Assembly: GCA_965649765.1 (NCBI GenBank) | Contig: OZ287759.1 | Coordinates: 35,154,001-35,218,000 of the forward strand | Direction of reading: 5' to 3' | DNA from: Bispira polyomma | Taxonomy: Eukaryota | DNA length: 64,000 nucleotides | Shown: in pieces, positions 1-12,289 of the stretch | Numbering within the stretch: the first letter of the stretch is position 1 | Layout: every line of letters starts with the position of its first letter | Notes under the pieces: model-generated | The model's database searches: none | Told to the model about the DNA's origin: nothing | Seen by the model: only the letters and a program-made list of their open reading frames with translations | Translations under genes and position numbers: made by a program

Positions 1-256
1 ACAACCAGTCATACATCCACATAAACACTGCTATATGGCCTCAAGTCCTACATGCAAACTCTGTTTAAGACAAGGTACCAGCCATACAACCACACAGTCA
101 TGTAGCCTAACACTTGCATGTTTATATAGCCATTTACATAGGTAGTCACACAGTCATAAAGAGTCATCAACCACTAGCAATTCTAATCTAGATGAAATGT
201 CATATTTCTTAGTGTAAAAAACCCAAGTTGGTAATACTAAATGTAAACTAATATTA

Positions 257-480
257 CTACTGCAACCCTGCGTAATATGGGCATAAAGGCGCATTATGGG
301 TATATAAAAACATTTTTCTACAATAACTTTGCAATCTTGACAGAAAATGGTTTGTATTGAGTGGAATAATATTCTCAACATTTGTTGCAAATCAAAATAA
401 TTAATATATGCAAATATTTATCTGGATAAAAAACAATATGCCCATTATTGCGCCCATTATTTGCCCAGATTGCAGTGTAG
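257..480. mobile_element. Degenerate MITE-like inverted-repeat element in SRF intron
   Basis: Left end ctactgcaaccctgcgtaatatgggc resembles the reverse complement of the right end gcccattatttgcccagattgcagtgtag. Confidence 0.4.
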
Positions 481-587
481 CACTGTATCTACAGCAGTTT
501 TATATAACCCATTTTAATGGTAGCATATATTTAGAAGTCAGTATCACATAATATTTACAATAGACATATTAATTTGCACGGTCTCAC

Positions 588-1082
588 CTTTTTTAGCATG
601 CCATTCTTCCGTTTATTAAAGGTTGTGTTCCTCTTAAGCTTGTCTTCCAAGTATTTCATCTCGACTTTTAGACGTCCTTTTGTTTTCTTCCTGTCTGGGG
701 TTCTGGATCTCTTCAGGCCGAGCCCCGCTGTTGCCTGACTAGGTGGGTAGCCTGTGGCTTCCTGTGGTGATGATGTCACTAGACCGCTGGCTAGTCCCGA
801 GTGGTCTCCCAGTGGCGGAGGGGAGGAGAATAAGGGGCTGCTGTTGGTCTCGGAGTCGGATTCCTCACTCTCCTCACTGAGATACTCGTTATTATTATTA
901 TTGTACTGCAGATCCTTACACAACTTCTTGTGAGCACTGATATTATGATTATAACTGTCCCCGTCACAAGGCTCTGTATAGTGACACTCTGTATTTGGTC
1001 GTCTGTACACCACCTCAGGTCTTGTGTACACCAGATTGTTGTTCACACTTTGGCTAATACTCGATATACTTACAGAATCCAT
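588..1082 (-). CDS. SRF: SRF-type MADS-box transcription factor, first coding exon (gene continues left of the window start)
   Basis: ORF 555-1082 ends KKTKGRLKVEMKYLEDKLKRNTTFNKRKNGMLKK, matching the SRF MADS N-half (KKTRGRVKIKMEFIDNKLRRYTTFSKRKTGIMKK). It also has an SRF-like GLKRS motif and an acidic Ser-rich stretch. A phase-0 donor AAG|GTGAGA follows at 588/587. Confidence 0.85.
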
Positions 1083-1175
1083 ATTTGTCTAATTCCATAT
1101 AAAACCCGCCCGTTTCAGCTGATATTCCAAGTCAGTGCAGACTCGATGTGTTTAAAGTGTTTAAAGTTCGTCTGT

Positions 1176-1346
1176 CCAAATAAAGAAGATGGACTAATTT
1201 GGAAAAACTCGGGGGCCCCAGTCGATTAGTTTCAAGCCCTTTTTAGTATGTACCAGGGACGTATATATATATATATAGCTCTATTATCAGTGACAGTGAA
1301 GTTATGTACACTGGTTTAGGTAGACCCACTAACACACCATATATGA
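1176..1346 (-). promoter_or_regulatory. Possible SRF promoter/5'UTR: (TA)n TATA-like tract and three one-mismatch CArG-like boxes
   Basis: CCAAATAAAG (1176-1185), ACTAATTTGG (1193-1202) and CCATATATGA (1337-1346) each differ from CC(A/T)6GG at one base; TATATATA tract at ~1262-1277. Confidence 0.25.
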
Positions 1347-2149
1347 AGTCTGTATTTTATACCAACAACACATATATACACACACAGTCCAATGTAAACA
1401 CCACTCACACACATACATTCAGTCTGTCCTCTGGAGTGGAACTGGCTCAGACATATTTCTAATAATTCCTTAGTGGTATATTTTCTTCGTGTTCGTATTA
1501 TACCCATGCACCCAGTAGAGCGTGCACGTCTAGTGGTAAAAGGATAGAACACTGACACCCATTGAAAACAACAAGCGCGGTTGGACAATAAGGCCAGACT
1601 TTGGGAATTCTATGGTGTACACACAAATTAAAGTGGAGGTGTACAATAGGGGGAATTATACAGCTAATTAGGTGACATTAATAAAACAAGTGTTTTGCTT
1701 TGATATTTTAAGAGAATTCTATACATCAAAACAAAATAGTTGTTGTTGAGTGTAATGCTATAAGCCTGCTTATGGCGAAGTCCCACTGTGTGTCTGTATA
1801 TACAGAAGGTTGTTTACAATAGTTTAACTACAAAGTAGAGATCACGTAAAGCCCATCTATTATGTAAAACAGCCTGACACTAATTCACACAAACCTCTCT
1901 CTTGTATCATGTTTGTTTTATAGCCGTTTTGTTTATTGTTTCAATCCACCCCAAAACACTTAACTCCTCATTCATCACATTATTCCAGTGTTTGGGGCGG
2001 TGGGGTAAGTTTGCTTTAAATCGCAGTCTTAAATCGTCCGTTAATTACAAAAGAAATGTCGGGTTTCTGTGAATTGGAGATTTCAACTCAAGTTGTGTGA
2101 AATTTGACTGGTGTTTTAATTATAAAATAAACACTTACAAATAAAATCG

Positions 2150-2950
2150 AGAACTTGGGACAAATTTGGACTCAACACCACAATTTTGAAGGCGCTATCA
2201 ATTAAAAACCCACCACGCCTACTACTTTGTGGATGTCCAACCAATGGTGCGGTCCTGAGTCAGCCTTTCCAAATCTCTTCTAGAGTGGAAGGACTGTGGT
2301 AAACACAGAACACTCTAATAGGGATAATAGTGGACTCTAAAAATCATTATATTGATCCAATAGACCACTGCATCAATGTTGAGCATTGGAAAAAGTACAT
2401 ATAAAGTACGATGTTACCTTATTCTGATGTTAACTACCTGATAAAGTTGCCGCTTGTGGAAGGCTAGAGAAGTGTGAATATGTCTGAAATTGAGTTTTAA
2501 TAATGCACCCATGACTGTAGAGTAAGGAGACAAGAGTAACTTAGATTGTATTGGACATTTAAATGTAAATTAAAACATAATAATTATTTTGAAATACCGT
2601 TAAAAAATCATATATCTCGCCTTGCTCAATTTCACACTGGTGAGGATAAAAACAGGGAGATATAATTTGATTAAAGATGTAAATACTGAAAAGTTTAAAA
2701 AGTATTCCCCGTAAAACGATTATGTCTTCTTTGAAAAAGTAGATTGTAATGTTATTGAGGATGAAATACATTTTGTCTGTAACTCTCCTGCTTACAGCAA
2801 ATCAAGAGTTACTTCACTTACTCCATATAATGTTATACTGCAAAGTGTTCCTTCTTTTTTAACTATCCCTGATACTGAAAATATTGCCAAACACTTTTAC
2901 AAAGCTCTAGCAAATTACCTTAATGCATCTTGGGAAAATACGGCAACATT
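2150..2950 (+). mobile_element. Decayed CR1-like LINE ORF2 3' end with an internal inversion
   Basis: Plus strand encodes LRLYWTFK...YFEI, then SIPRK/RLCLL*...NVIEDEIHFVCNSPAY, a typical LINE C-terminal Cys/His region. The intervening SLIKL...HQCEIEQG(R)Y motif is on the minus strand (~2610-2690). Confidence 0.55.
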
Positions 2951-3840
2951 TTATCTGAAAATAGTATTATGTAAATGGTAAACATAATTGATCTGTAACT
3001 AAATTGTTATGGTATGTATTGTAATATGAAGCACTTGTAAAAATAAAAAAAAATTAAATTTGGTAATACAGTGCAAATAGTGAAAATGTGAAATTGATCT
3101 GAAATTAAATTGTTGTGATATATGATATAATGTAAAACATCTGCATAACTAAAATAGTGTAAAATAGTGAAATGTATCTATCACACAACATAATATGTAG
3201 TAAATTAAAGAGACTTATAAGCCCATGTGTATTGGGCAACCATATTTATGTAATAATATATTGATATAGAAAAGAAGTGCATTTCACTATAATAATTAAA
3301 ATACCTCTACACACATAGCCTCACAGTAGATGGTGTAAGGAGTAGAATAGATTAGACTATAAACAGCCTCCTTACAAGGCTATCATTATGTGAGCCCGTA
3401 CCTATATCTAGGCCACTTCTCTTATAAATCAACATTTTAATGAGATGCACAAGTCAAATTTTATTACCCATATTGGGGCTAGGACTGAGGTTTTCATTTA
3501 CAAGTTGTAAATATTTAGCGGCTGAAGTCTAAACAATTACTTTTGTGCCTTGGAGATCAGTCTTGTAATTCCACCGTGCTGTAAAAGTTTACAGATTGCA
3601 TGACATGTCGTAGGGTACCTGATCAGTACCAATTACTTGTACCTAGTGGTATTCAGGTACCATAAGGACCCATTCTTGATGTCATATACTTATATATCCA
3701 CCAGTCCCACCATCAGAATTTCGAGCCATTGTCCATAACGTCTACATACAGTTTACTATAAGTAGACGGAAATTCTGCAGGTCAATCTATAAATCCCCCC
3801 CCCCTCCCCCTCTAAATTATTCCAGGATACTTTTTTTGTA

Positions 3841-4478
3841 GTGGACAGGTCAAGCATCATTAAGTTCGTGCCACAGGTTTGCCAGGCCATCATAGAGAAG
3901 TTCCAGGAAGAATTTCTATCCCCCACCACCCAGAGGACTGGGAGAATGTTGAGTCTGTCTTCAGGACACATGGAATGTAGTAAATGCCCTGGGGGCCATA
4001 AATGAGAAACATATCGCCATTCGACGTTCATGAAAAGAGGGCAGTGAAAATTTCAACTAGAAGGGCTTCCACTCCATAGTGATGCTGGCCTTGGTGAACA
4101 CAGAGTACAGGTTCCTGTGGGTCGACCTGGGGCCTAGTTGGTCCAGCTCAGATTCTCAGATATTCAATAGGTCAGAACTGAAGGACAAGATAGAAGAGCA
4201 GTATATAAACTCCCCCCCCACCCCCTCCTGAAGCCATCAGCCCTTTTAGGCACCCCATCCCCTACTTTATCCTTGGAGATGATGCCTTTGCACTGAAGAC
4301 CTGGCTCATGAAACCCTTCTCCAGACGAGGAATGGACCCGAATGAGAGGATTTACAACTACAGGATTTCACGGGGGGAGAAGGGTGGTCGGGAATTACTA
4401 CTTTCTACCATGCAGAAAGAACTACCAGTGGTAGCCATCTTAGCCCTAGCCTGTGTCATCCTACACAATATGTTGTGA
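3841..4478 (+). pseudogene. Harbinger transposase (HARBI1-like DDE nuclease) pseudogene
   Basis: Manual translation across frameshifts and stops: SIIKFVPQVCQAI...ALGAINEKHIAI...FN*KGFHSIVMLALVNTEYRFLWVDLG...SDSQIFNRS...PYFILGDDAFALKTWLMKPFS...ERIYNYRISRGRRVV...ACVILHN. Confidence 0.85.
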
Positions 4479-5234
4479 ACCACTACTATAAACAAGGGAA
4501 ACTAAACCACAAACTAATGTCCTCTGTGACAATTTCAAAACCTCTCACCAGTGATGATACTGATAAAGTGTTGAAGAACGTCAGACTCCAATGTGGGTGT
4601 GGGTGCCTGGTAGTACTGAACACCACTGGTGCTGGCCATCAAATTTCCAACTAGGATCCGTGATGTGACGACGACCTGAATGGACTGCTGTGGTGGCTTG
4701 ACCAGTGAGTGCTGAGGAGGATGTGGTTGTTGTTGTCTAATTGGTAGACAAAGTGTCCTTGCTGCTGTTGTTGCTTTGGGATAAGGGAAGGTTGCGCCAT
4801 CTGATACAAGGTAATAGTCTGTTAAAACTGTTGTGGTTGGAAGTGTGGAACGATTTGTTGAGAAGTAGAAAGCCCTCTCTTGGATATTGCTGACCGGGTT
4901 GAATGCTTCTCTCCTAAATTGCGTTAAGTACTGTTCGGGAAGTTTCTCCGCTTTAAGAGTTCCTTTTCAAGGTCCCTCTGTCTTAATCTTGGTGGCCTCC
5001 TTCAAAAACCCTGTGAGGCTGTCCTCCATCCGACCAAATATGTCCCTCAGCTTAGTGGAAAGTACACCTTCTGGGACAGGGTCATATGTGGGAGACTGCT
5101 TGGAGAGTCTGCCAGACTAAGCAATGTTTATTGAAGGCTCCAACTGGTGGTGTCGGTGAATCCACTGGTGCTGCCTCTGCGGATGCTATTGGCTTGAAAG
5201 CAGCAGTCTTGTTGACATGATGGATAGTATCAGG

Positions 5235-6469
5235 AGGAGCCTAGCCAGACTTGTGTGGACTCAGTTTGCTGTATGTTACATATAAGGACATTGTGGTATG
5301 TTAAAGCACTCTGCTAGAGTGATCTATTTATAGAATTGGGGAAACCCATAAGCTTCCAGAAACTGGTTCTATTTTGTTTCTGTTGTTATTAAAGTTGTGT
5401 TAATATGTATATATATATCTCATTCTGGAACGTTCTAGCAATTGTTTACATATTCTAGCAACTTTCTCTAGCAGTGGTATATATAAGGGTTGACAGCCTG
5501 ACCACAGGCAACAGTTTATTGAGTTGGTGTGCTATACGAACTGCTATACATTTTATTTCTTCTCCTGTGGATATAAACTAATTATTATATACATTTTGTG
5601 GTGAACTCATTGGAGTGAACTGGATATAAAGTTGTGGATCTACCAGACATTATCGAATATTGTTTGCATCCTGGACTAGGTAGCTTAGTTGTGCAGACTC
5701 TCTGGATATTTACATTTTGTGTTTGTGGACACCGAACGGATAACAGGATACAGGCATTGTGTGGACAACGAGCGGATCTCAAGACAGATTGCTGGATACA
5801 GTGGGCAAACTTGTTTATTGTTATTTATGTGGACAGGACTGTGATCAGGTCAGGTCGGTTCCATTATTGTATTATTGTATGAACTATTAAGAGTATCTCA
5901 GTTGACTGTAATTCTGTAATTGTGTAATTGTTATTTCATTTGTTAAATAAATTTGTTAAGTGAAATATTTTGTCTTTTCCTGTTACAATCTAAAAGCAAC
6001 TGGTAACTGCTACCGCGCTTGCTCCCGTGACTGTAACACTGTACATGGTACGCTGTGACGGGAACCACTTGGTTACCTCATCTACATCCAATCCCCTTGT
6101 GAAGCGGAAATCTTGCCAAAGGATGTCCTTCTTCTGTGTGTCCTTATACAGTGTGTGCCTCTTGTTATACAATAACTCATGATCTTTGAGGAAATCCACC
6201 ATGTCCTCCTCCTGGTCATCTGCCAGTAGAACTGTCCTTATTTTCCTCTTCTTTTGCCTCCTGACGATATTAGCCACTTGTCCACTGTCCCCAGTGGTGT
6301 CCTGGGTCTCATCCTGTGTCTCATCCTGGGTCTCATCCTGTGTCTCATCATTATTCTCATCCTGGGTCTCATCCTGGGTCAGTAAACCCATCTGTGACAG
6401 CTGTGTCTGTGGCATGCTTTCTTCCCGAAGTGTCTCCCCAAGATGGAACTTCCTGTACTCCTCCTCCAC
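5235..6469 (-). pseudogene. Harbinger Myb/SANT-like (MADF) DNA-binding protein, disrupted by a solo LTR
   Basis: EEDMVDFLKDHELLYNKRHTLYKDTQKKDILW...VTKWFPSQRTMY is MADF-like. Removing 5274-6038 plus one TSD restores RTMYSKLSPHKSG*. The N-terminal part has 12-bp (DETQ)n repeats. Confidence 0.75.
5274..6038. mobile_element. Solo LTR (765 bp) with 5-bp target-site duplication
   Basis: Begins TGTTACA and ends TGTAACA (TG...CA, inverted termini). Flanked by CTGTA at 5269-5273 and 6039-6043. Contains TATA-like and AATAAA motifs. Confidence 0.85.
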
Positions 6470-7980
6470 TATCTCTATCCTCCGGTTCCTTGATTTCCTT
6501 TTCTATGGCATTATAATATTTTATTTTGAAGAAAAAAATACACACCCTGTCTAAGTAAAATATTTTTTGTTGCCAATGGATGTGTTCTCTGTGGAAGCTG
6601 GAATTGAATGTGAGTCAGAAGACTGTCACGACCTATCTTTTAGAAAACCTGAGTTATCCTCTCACTCATGCCATTTCTAAAAACCTATCATTGGCATATG
6701 ACTCGAAAACTTCGGAATGCATGACGATAAGTTGGTATGATCCCGACCTATCGTTAGAGATGGGAATATAAGCTGTATCTTGAATATCAAGATAAGTCTT
6801 ACAACCTCCCCGATTATGTCCTGAGTATGCCCCATCGAATAATCTTAATGGTCAGGGGCTATGATCAGCATAGTTGAACAAGGGTATTACTGTCACTGGG
6901 ACTAAGACCAAAATAAAAAAAAAACAAAGTTTTTCGGCCAAAATCAAACACCAAAATCTTAAAGTTAAGAATGAGATAAGAAGAATAACACTGGTCGTGG
7001 CTCTGTCAGAGGAGTTACGTTTTTTGCCATTTGTTGCTTTTATCACTAAAACATTCAATATTCTCGGTAGCAGTGTTATAATTTGGCAATTTATCTACAT
7101 CAATTTAAAACTATTACCCTCACCTCACTTTTCACCTGCTATAAAACAATTACTTGTGCTCTTTGTACACTTTTGGGTACCTTACCCCATTATCGCCCAA
7201 TTGTTTATTTTCATTGGTCATATTGCTTGATGCCTTGTCATGCAAATATACAGTACTTCTACAATATTCTTACAATATATCTACTGAAGTTAAAAAAACA
7301 TCACCCTTACTTCACTTTTATCATATCACTTTTTATACAATTTTTGATAATTTCGCCTATTATCACCCAAATGTCCGTTTTGACCTTGCTACTATACAGT
7401 AGTATTGCTACAATATCTTTAAATATCACCTTACCTCATTTTAGTTAAATTATAAAACCTTCTCCCACCTCCTCTTTCCCGGTCTTAAAGTAAGCAATCC
7501 TCTCAACACCCTTGTTTTTATTTTATTTGCTGTCAGGGTGTCAGAACCATGCTTACAGTAAGCGGATGTCCAGCCCGTCAGCCATGTACCCTAACTCAGA
7601 CATCTTTCTGTTTTAATTTGTCAATCCATGACTTGATGGACTTGCTAGCTGCCTCTGACGCAGTACCATCCGGACAGTTACGATCGGACAAAAACTTAAG
7701 AAACAATAAGAAGTATATTCTCTGTACATAAACTATCAGATCCGAGCTGACCACCGTGGCATTTGCAACGAACATTTTTGAAATGTAAACATTTATAAAA
7801 TGTACACAGCAGATATGATCTATTTAGTGATTTAATGTACTTGAGGCTTTCCAGGTATTGTTTCGGCTAATGGAAAAAATTCCCCCTGTCGCTTCAACAA
7901 TTTTAAAAAGTGGTTCCCCCAACTAAAAAGTAGTTCCTATTATATATATACTATATTATATTGATTCTATTCATGATATG

Positions 7981-7985
<5 letters not shown>

Positions 7986-8048
<63 letters not shown>
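7986..8048. repeat. (TA)n microsatellite inside a small inverted-repeat element (~7875-8078)
   Basis: About 30 TA units; flanks aaaaattccccctgtcgcttc / gaaggccaacagggtaattttt are roughly inverted. Confidence 0.9.
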
Positions 8049-8053
<5 letters not shown>

Positions 8054-8102
8054 CGAAGGCCAACAGGGTAATTTTTTTATTTATCAAAGGCAATTTTTTT
8101 CT

Positions 8103-8190
8103 TTAGGGTTAGGGATTTTTCTTTAGCCTAAGTATTTCTTATACCTAAAGTTAGGGTTGAGGTTAGGGTTTCTTTAGACCCTAACCCTAA
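8103..8190. repeat. Short interstitial TTAGGG/CCCTAA-like repeats in both orientations
   Basis: ttagggttaggg, gttagggttgaggttagggtt, then ccctaaccctaa. Confidence 0.6.
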
Positions 8191-8408
8191 AGCCTAACAA
8201 TCCCCAACAAGAGCATCTCCAGGTTTTCGGGATGAACCTTTCAAACCTGTGAAATGGGGTTATAGATAAAAATTCAAAAGCATTTCTGCTGCATAAAATT
8301 AGGTGTTGTATTAGAAACACACTGTCGTGTATGACTTCGTTATTTATACAATTAATATTATTTATAATAGAAAAAATTCGAAGCAATACACATTTTTGAC
8401 CCGTATTC

Positions 8409-8487
8409 ACTAAGGACTTAGCCAAGACTGAGGCTCAGTCTGGTATTGTGCTAGATTTAAGCCTAAGACTTGGCTAAGTCCCTTAGT
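8409..8487. mobile_element. Palindromic MITE-like hairpin
   Basis: actaaggacttagccaagactgaggc ... gcctaagacttggctaagtcccttagt form inverted arms. Confidence 0.55.
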
Positions 8488-9374
8488 TATTAGAAACCCA
8501 GGGTTCTAGAGCATTGACTAGTGTTAATTTATAGCAGGTCAGTTGACTCCGTCAGACCCAAAGTGCTGGTTATAATACACGTCCAATGGCGTAGATTCCA
8601 TAATGCACTCAAGAAACACACCAGTGGAGAAACACACAAAATGATTTGGCGTAGAAATCCATACGGCAACCAAGGTCACAACGCCCTCTTGTATGAAACC
8701 ATTATACGTCGACATCTGAACTGAGTATTCATTGTTATTTTTGTGACGAACAAGTTGGTTCCATATTGTATTGATTTACTTAGATCATGTCTATTTTATA
8801 CACAAGAATGTATCCTGTACCAAAACAATTATACATGGAGTTTTGAATCTACGAATATTCAGAGCAACTATACAGAGTAACTCAATATAATATCCACGGA
8901 CTATACAAACATCATCATGTACTCCTATCTAACAGTTACGTTGAGGGCATTGTGGTAATGACGTCAGTAACCTTTCTCTAACATGGTCCACACATATAAC
9001 ATTTTCCTGATCATTGAATTTTTACAGCATTGACCAAATATTTAAAACTGCCACATTTCCACATGGCATTGGCATTTTCTGAGTTTATGACATTTGCTAT
9101 ATAAGCCTAGTCTACCAGATTAAAATCTAATATGGCTTAGGTGGATTTTAATTTTGACATATATACAATCTATATTAGAATATTTTTTGTGAAAATTTCT
9201 ATATTTTCTATTTGTTAATTCATGTTGCATACTTGTGAGCTTGGTTGTAACAGAAACTATATAAGAACAACAGTATTGAAGGTGGATAAACCTGTATGAA
9301 ATGTAGATTGAATAACAATACCTAAGTTTCATAGCTCTTAATCCAAAATATGTTTATAATAGCTTGTGATTTAG

Positions 9375-12221
9375 TGTGTGGATAACGAGCAAGTTTCTAC
9401 CATATCAAAGGCTTCATCCTGGTCTTTGTATGTGAAACAGAGTTGATAATGAATTGACTTCAACTTAAAATGTATACTTTACATTATGAATCAGACAGTG
9501 TTTTGTTCAAGATAGATTTTGAGTAATACCCAATGTCTGGTTGGATGGCACACATATCTACTTCTTGATTTATACAGCATGTTGTAGATTTTATTTCAAG
9601 TTTTAGCAGTCAATTACTTGAGAAGGGTATTTATAGTGCACCTTGATTTCTAAATGTCTGTTCCATATGTTTATGTCAGAGTATGTAATTAAATCATGCT
9701 GCAATCCAGTAAACCTTCAAAAATTAAGGTTTTTAACACAGGGCTGGTATTTACGATGAATAATCAGATTAACATCCGATCAAATTTAAGAAAAATGTTT
9801 GAAGTAATCCCATTAATAAAAATCTGGATTCACAAAGCAAAGATCACTTATTCAGAAAATATCAAATATTTTATGTGTTTTTTGTATTCGTCGTCTTTCC
9901 TTAAACAAATCCTGTCAGCTAGCTATATTTGATCCGTCATAATCCAAATTTGATCCCCCAGGTTGGCTGGCTTAAAGTTCATCCGTAGTTTAATCCCCAA
10001 AATATCAGATGAATACCATTCTAAACTGATCTAAAAAGTGAATATTTATTTTTAAAATTTTATCAGATCTTAATTTGATCTCAAGAATACCACTCCAGTA
10101 CAATAGTTTTAATTATGAATCTCGTCCATCCCACACATGTATATACATGGTAGTTTCTATATAATAATAGTGTTCCTAACAGTCCATGTTTTTGTGGACT
10201 GCTCACAGCTTCTTGTAGTTTTGTTCATCTGTATTGAGAAACAAAGATATGAGGTTTTCATTAAAATATGTAGATTATACGATGGTAAGACGCTTTAAAA
10301 ATTACAATTATTGTTAAGATGGTATAAAACACAGTTATTGGTAGGATGTTACAAAACACGGTTATTGTTAAGATCTTATAAAACACAGTTATTGTTAAGA
10401 TGTTATAAAACATTGTTATTGTTAAAATGTTATAAAACACAGTTATTGTTAAGATGTTATTTAACACAGTTATTGTTAAAATGTTATAAAACATTGTTAT
10501 TGCTAAAATGTTATAAAACACAGTTATTAGTAAAATGTTATAAAGCATGGTTATTGTTAATATGTTATATTTGTCTATGGACATGGCTAGTGTTAAGATA
10601 TAAAATTGTTAAATCTGTAAAATTGTACATGGCTATTGTCAAGATATTTTAAAACAACTTTCATCAGTCTAAAAGATTTAGAGCACATTTTCCAGTCTTT
10701 ACGGTAGACCACGCTTCCCTCCACTCTTTGCATTCCACCAATCTCCAGCCATTTATCTCAGTGAAGCAGATGATATTGAGACAGGTGACGTCACTGTGAC
10801 AAAAAGTGTCCTCGACATTGACAGATTTTATGTCAACCAAGCCGCATTTCTGTTAATATTTATTAAATTGTTATATAGATTGGCCAGTGACAGAAAGTTC
10901 TAGTTATGGATGATGTAAACTGTTATATATGAAGCCACTAAGCTAGCGAAATGCTAAGCTATAAAACTATTGTTTTGTTGCATTCATTCATATGAAAAAC
11001 AGTTTTTTGGTGACATAATATGCTTCAATATGAGCACTTAGTAAGCTGCACATTATTTAGTTTCTCACATTAAACAAAGGATTACGGGTATCATCTTTTA
11101 GAATTATTACACTCAAATAAATTCTATAAAATACCTATCCAAAGGTAGACTCGGTATAGGGCCCCAAACAGCAATCCTACAGGGAAGTTTTCCCCGGTTT
11201 CGGTCCTGTGTCGCTTGGAGGTATATGCCTTACTATAAGTTTATGGGTTATTTCCTGGTGCATACCCTAATCCTCCACAAAATGTGGTCAAAATTGGTTC
11301 AAAAGTTTTCTTGTAATCCCACAGGACTCTAAATGTTTTACTTCTATAGCACCACAATCCATAACCAGGCATCCCCTGTGGGTCACATCTCAGTCAGTAG
11401 GCAAAACAATACTCCAATGAGAGAAAAGGTTTGTGATCACGTTTGTGAGTTCATTCATAACCAGCAGACGCATAGTAAGAAAAGCTAGTTGATATCGATG
11501 TTCTGAGTGTTCTTCTGAAGCCTGTAATCCTTGTCTCAGTATGCAGACTAGACAGACTATGCCACTCGGCAGGTGCTGCAACTTTGATGATTTTGAACCA
11601 GCCAGTTTTTGGTTTAAGATGTCAGAGGTAGAGAGACGATTTCCTTTCGTGAGATTGCTGTTACAACATAGATGATAAGTAAGCTGGCTACTGGACATAG
11701 TTAGTTTAAAAATTAGGACATTTACTTTGAATTATATTATGGAACTCAATAGACAGAGCAATTTTTGAAGCAGAGGTGTTGTGCGGACCAGCATGGCATA
11801 CAATTCTGTATAGATTGTTTTAAATTGCTGCAACTTATTTATTTTTTAATTTCATAGAACAGTGTGTTGCTATAATCAAGTCTACTTGCCACTAATTTAC
11901 CACCTCACAAACGCATTTTACAGAATTAAATTCTGTGTAGATTCTTTGAATTGCTGCAGCTTGTTTATTTTCCAAGTATATACAACAGTATGTTGCAGTG
12001 ATCAAGTCTACTTGCCACCAATTTTGCACCTACAAACACATTTTACAGAAATAAGTGTCGACAAACTTTTGAATGTTGCAGTAGCAGGATCGATAGATCT
12101 TTGAAACATCTTTCTTGAGGAAAAATCTAAAGTGTCATGTTTTTGGTACTTTAGGCAGGAAGAGTGTTGCTACCAATGAGAGTTGCTGGAAAGAGCCTTT
12201 TCCCTCTGATGTTTGGAACAA
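9375..12221 (+). CDS. Candidate exons of an unidentified gene (9375-9427, 10696-10784, 12155-12221)
   Basis: Three AG...GT-bounded segments join in compatible phases (2, then 1) into a stop-free peptide CVDNEQVSTISKASSWSFLYGRPRFPPLFAFHQSPAIYLSEADDIETGRKSVATNESCWKEPFPSDVWN. Last donor is AA|GTAAGT. No homology recognised; no start or stop found. Confidence 0.3.
9740..10097. mobile_element. Degenerate MITE
   Basis: ggtatt...atcagattaacatccgatcaaattt versus the reverse complement of aaattttatcagatcttaatttgatc...aatacc. Confidence 0.4.
10300..10650. repeat. 27-bp minisatellite (~12 copies)
   Basis: Unit acacagttattgttaagatgttataaa; period 27 measured. Confidence 0.9.
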
Positions 12222-12289
12222 GTAAGTAGAAATCCTGTTTTGTCAGGATTCAATTGGGCTAGAGGGTTAGGGTTAAGATGATTCAGCCG

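Larger units (their letters stand above)
3301..6887. mobile_element. Decayed PIF/Harbinger DNA transposon (two convergent genes); ends uncertain
   Basis: HARBI1-like nuclease remnant (+) and Myb/SANT (MADF)-like remnant (-) lie tail-to-tail, the canonical Harbinger layout. Weak terminal similarity atacc...catagcc / ggctatg...gggtat. Confidence 0.65.

Noticed and set aside
5990-6469. Domesticated intact MADF gene
   Set aside because: Interrupted by a solo LTR, with a stop shortly after the restored junction; the partner transposase is also broken.
8103-8190. True telomere or chromosome fusion site
   Set aside because: Only a few degenerate TTAGGG units; similar short runs occur elsewhere (12265, 30840) and are common in repeats.
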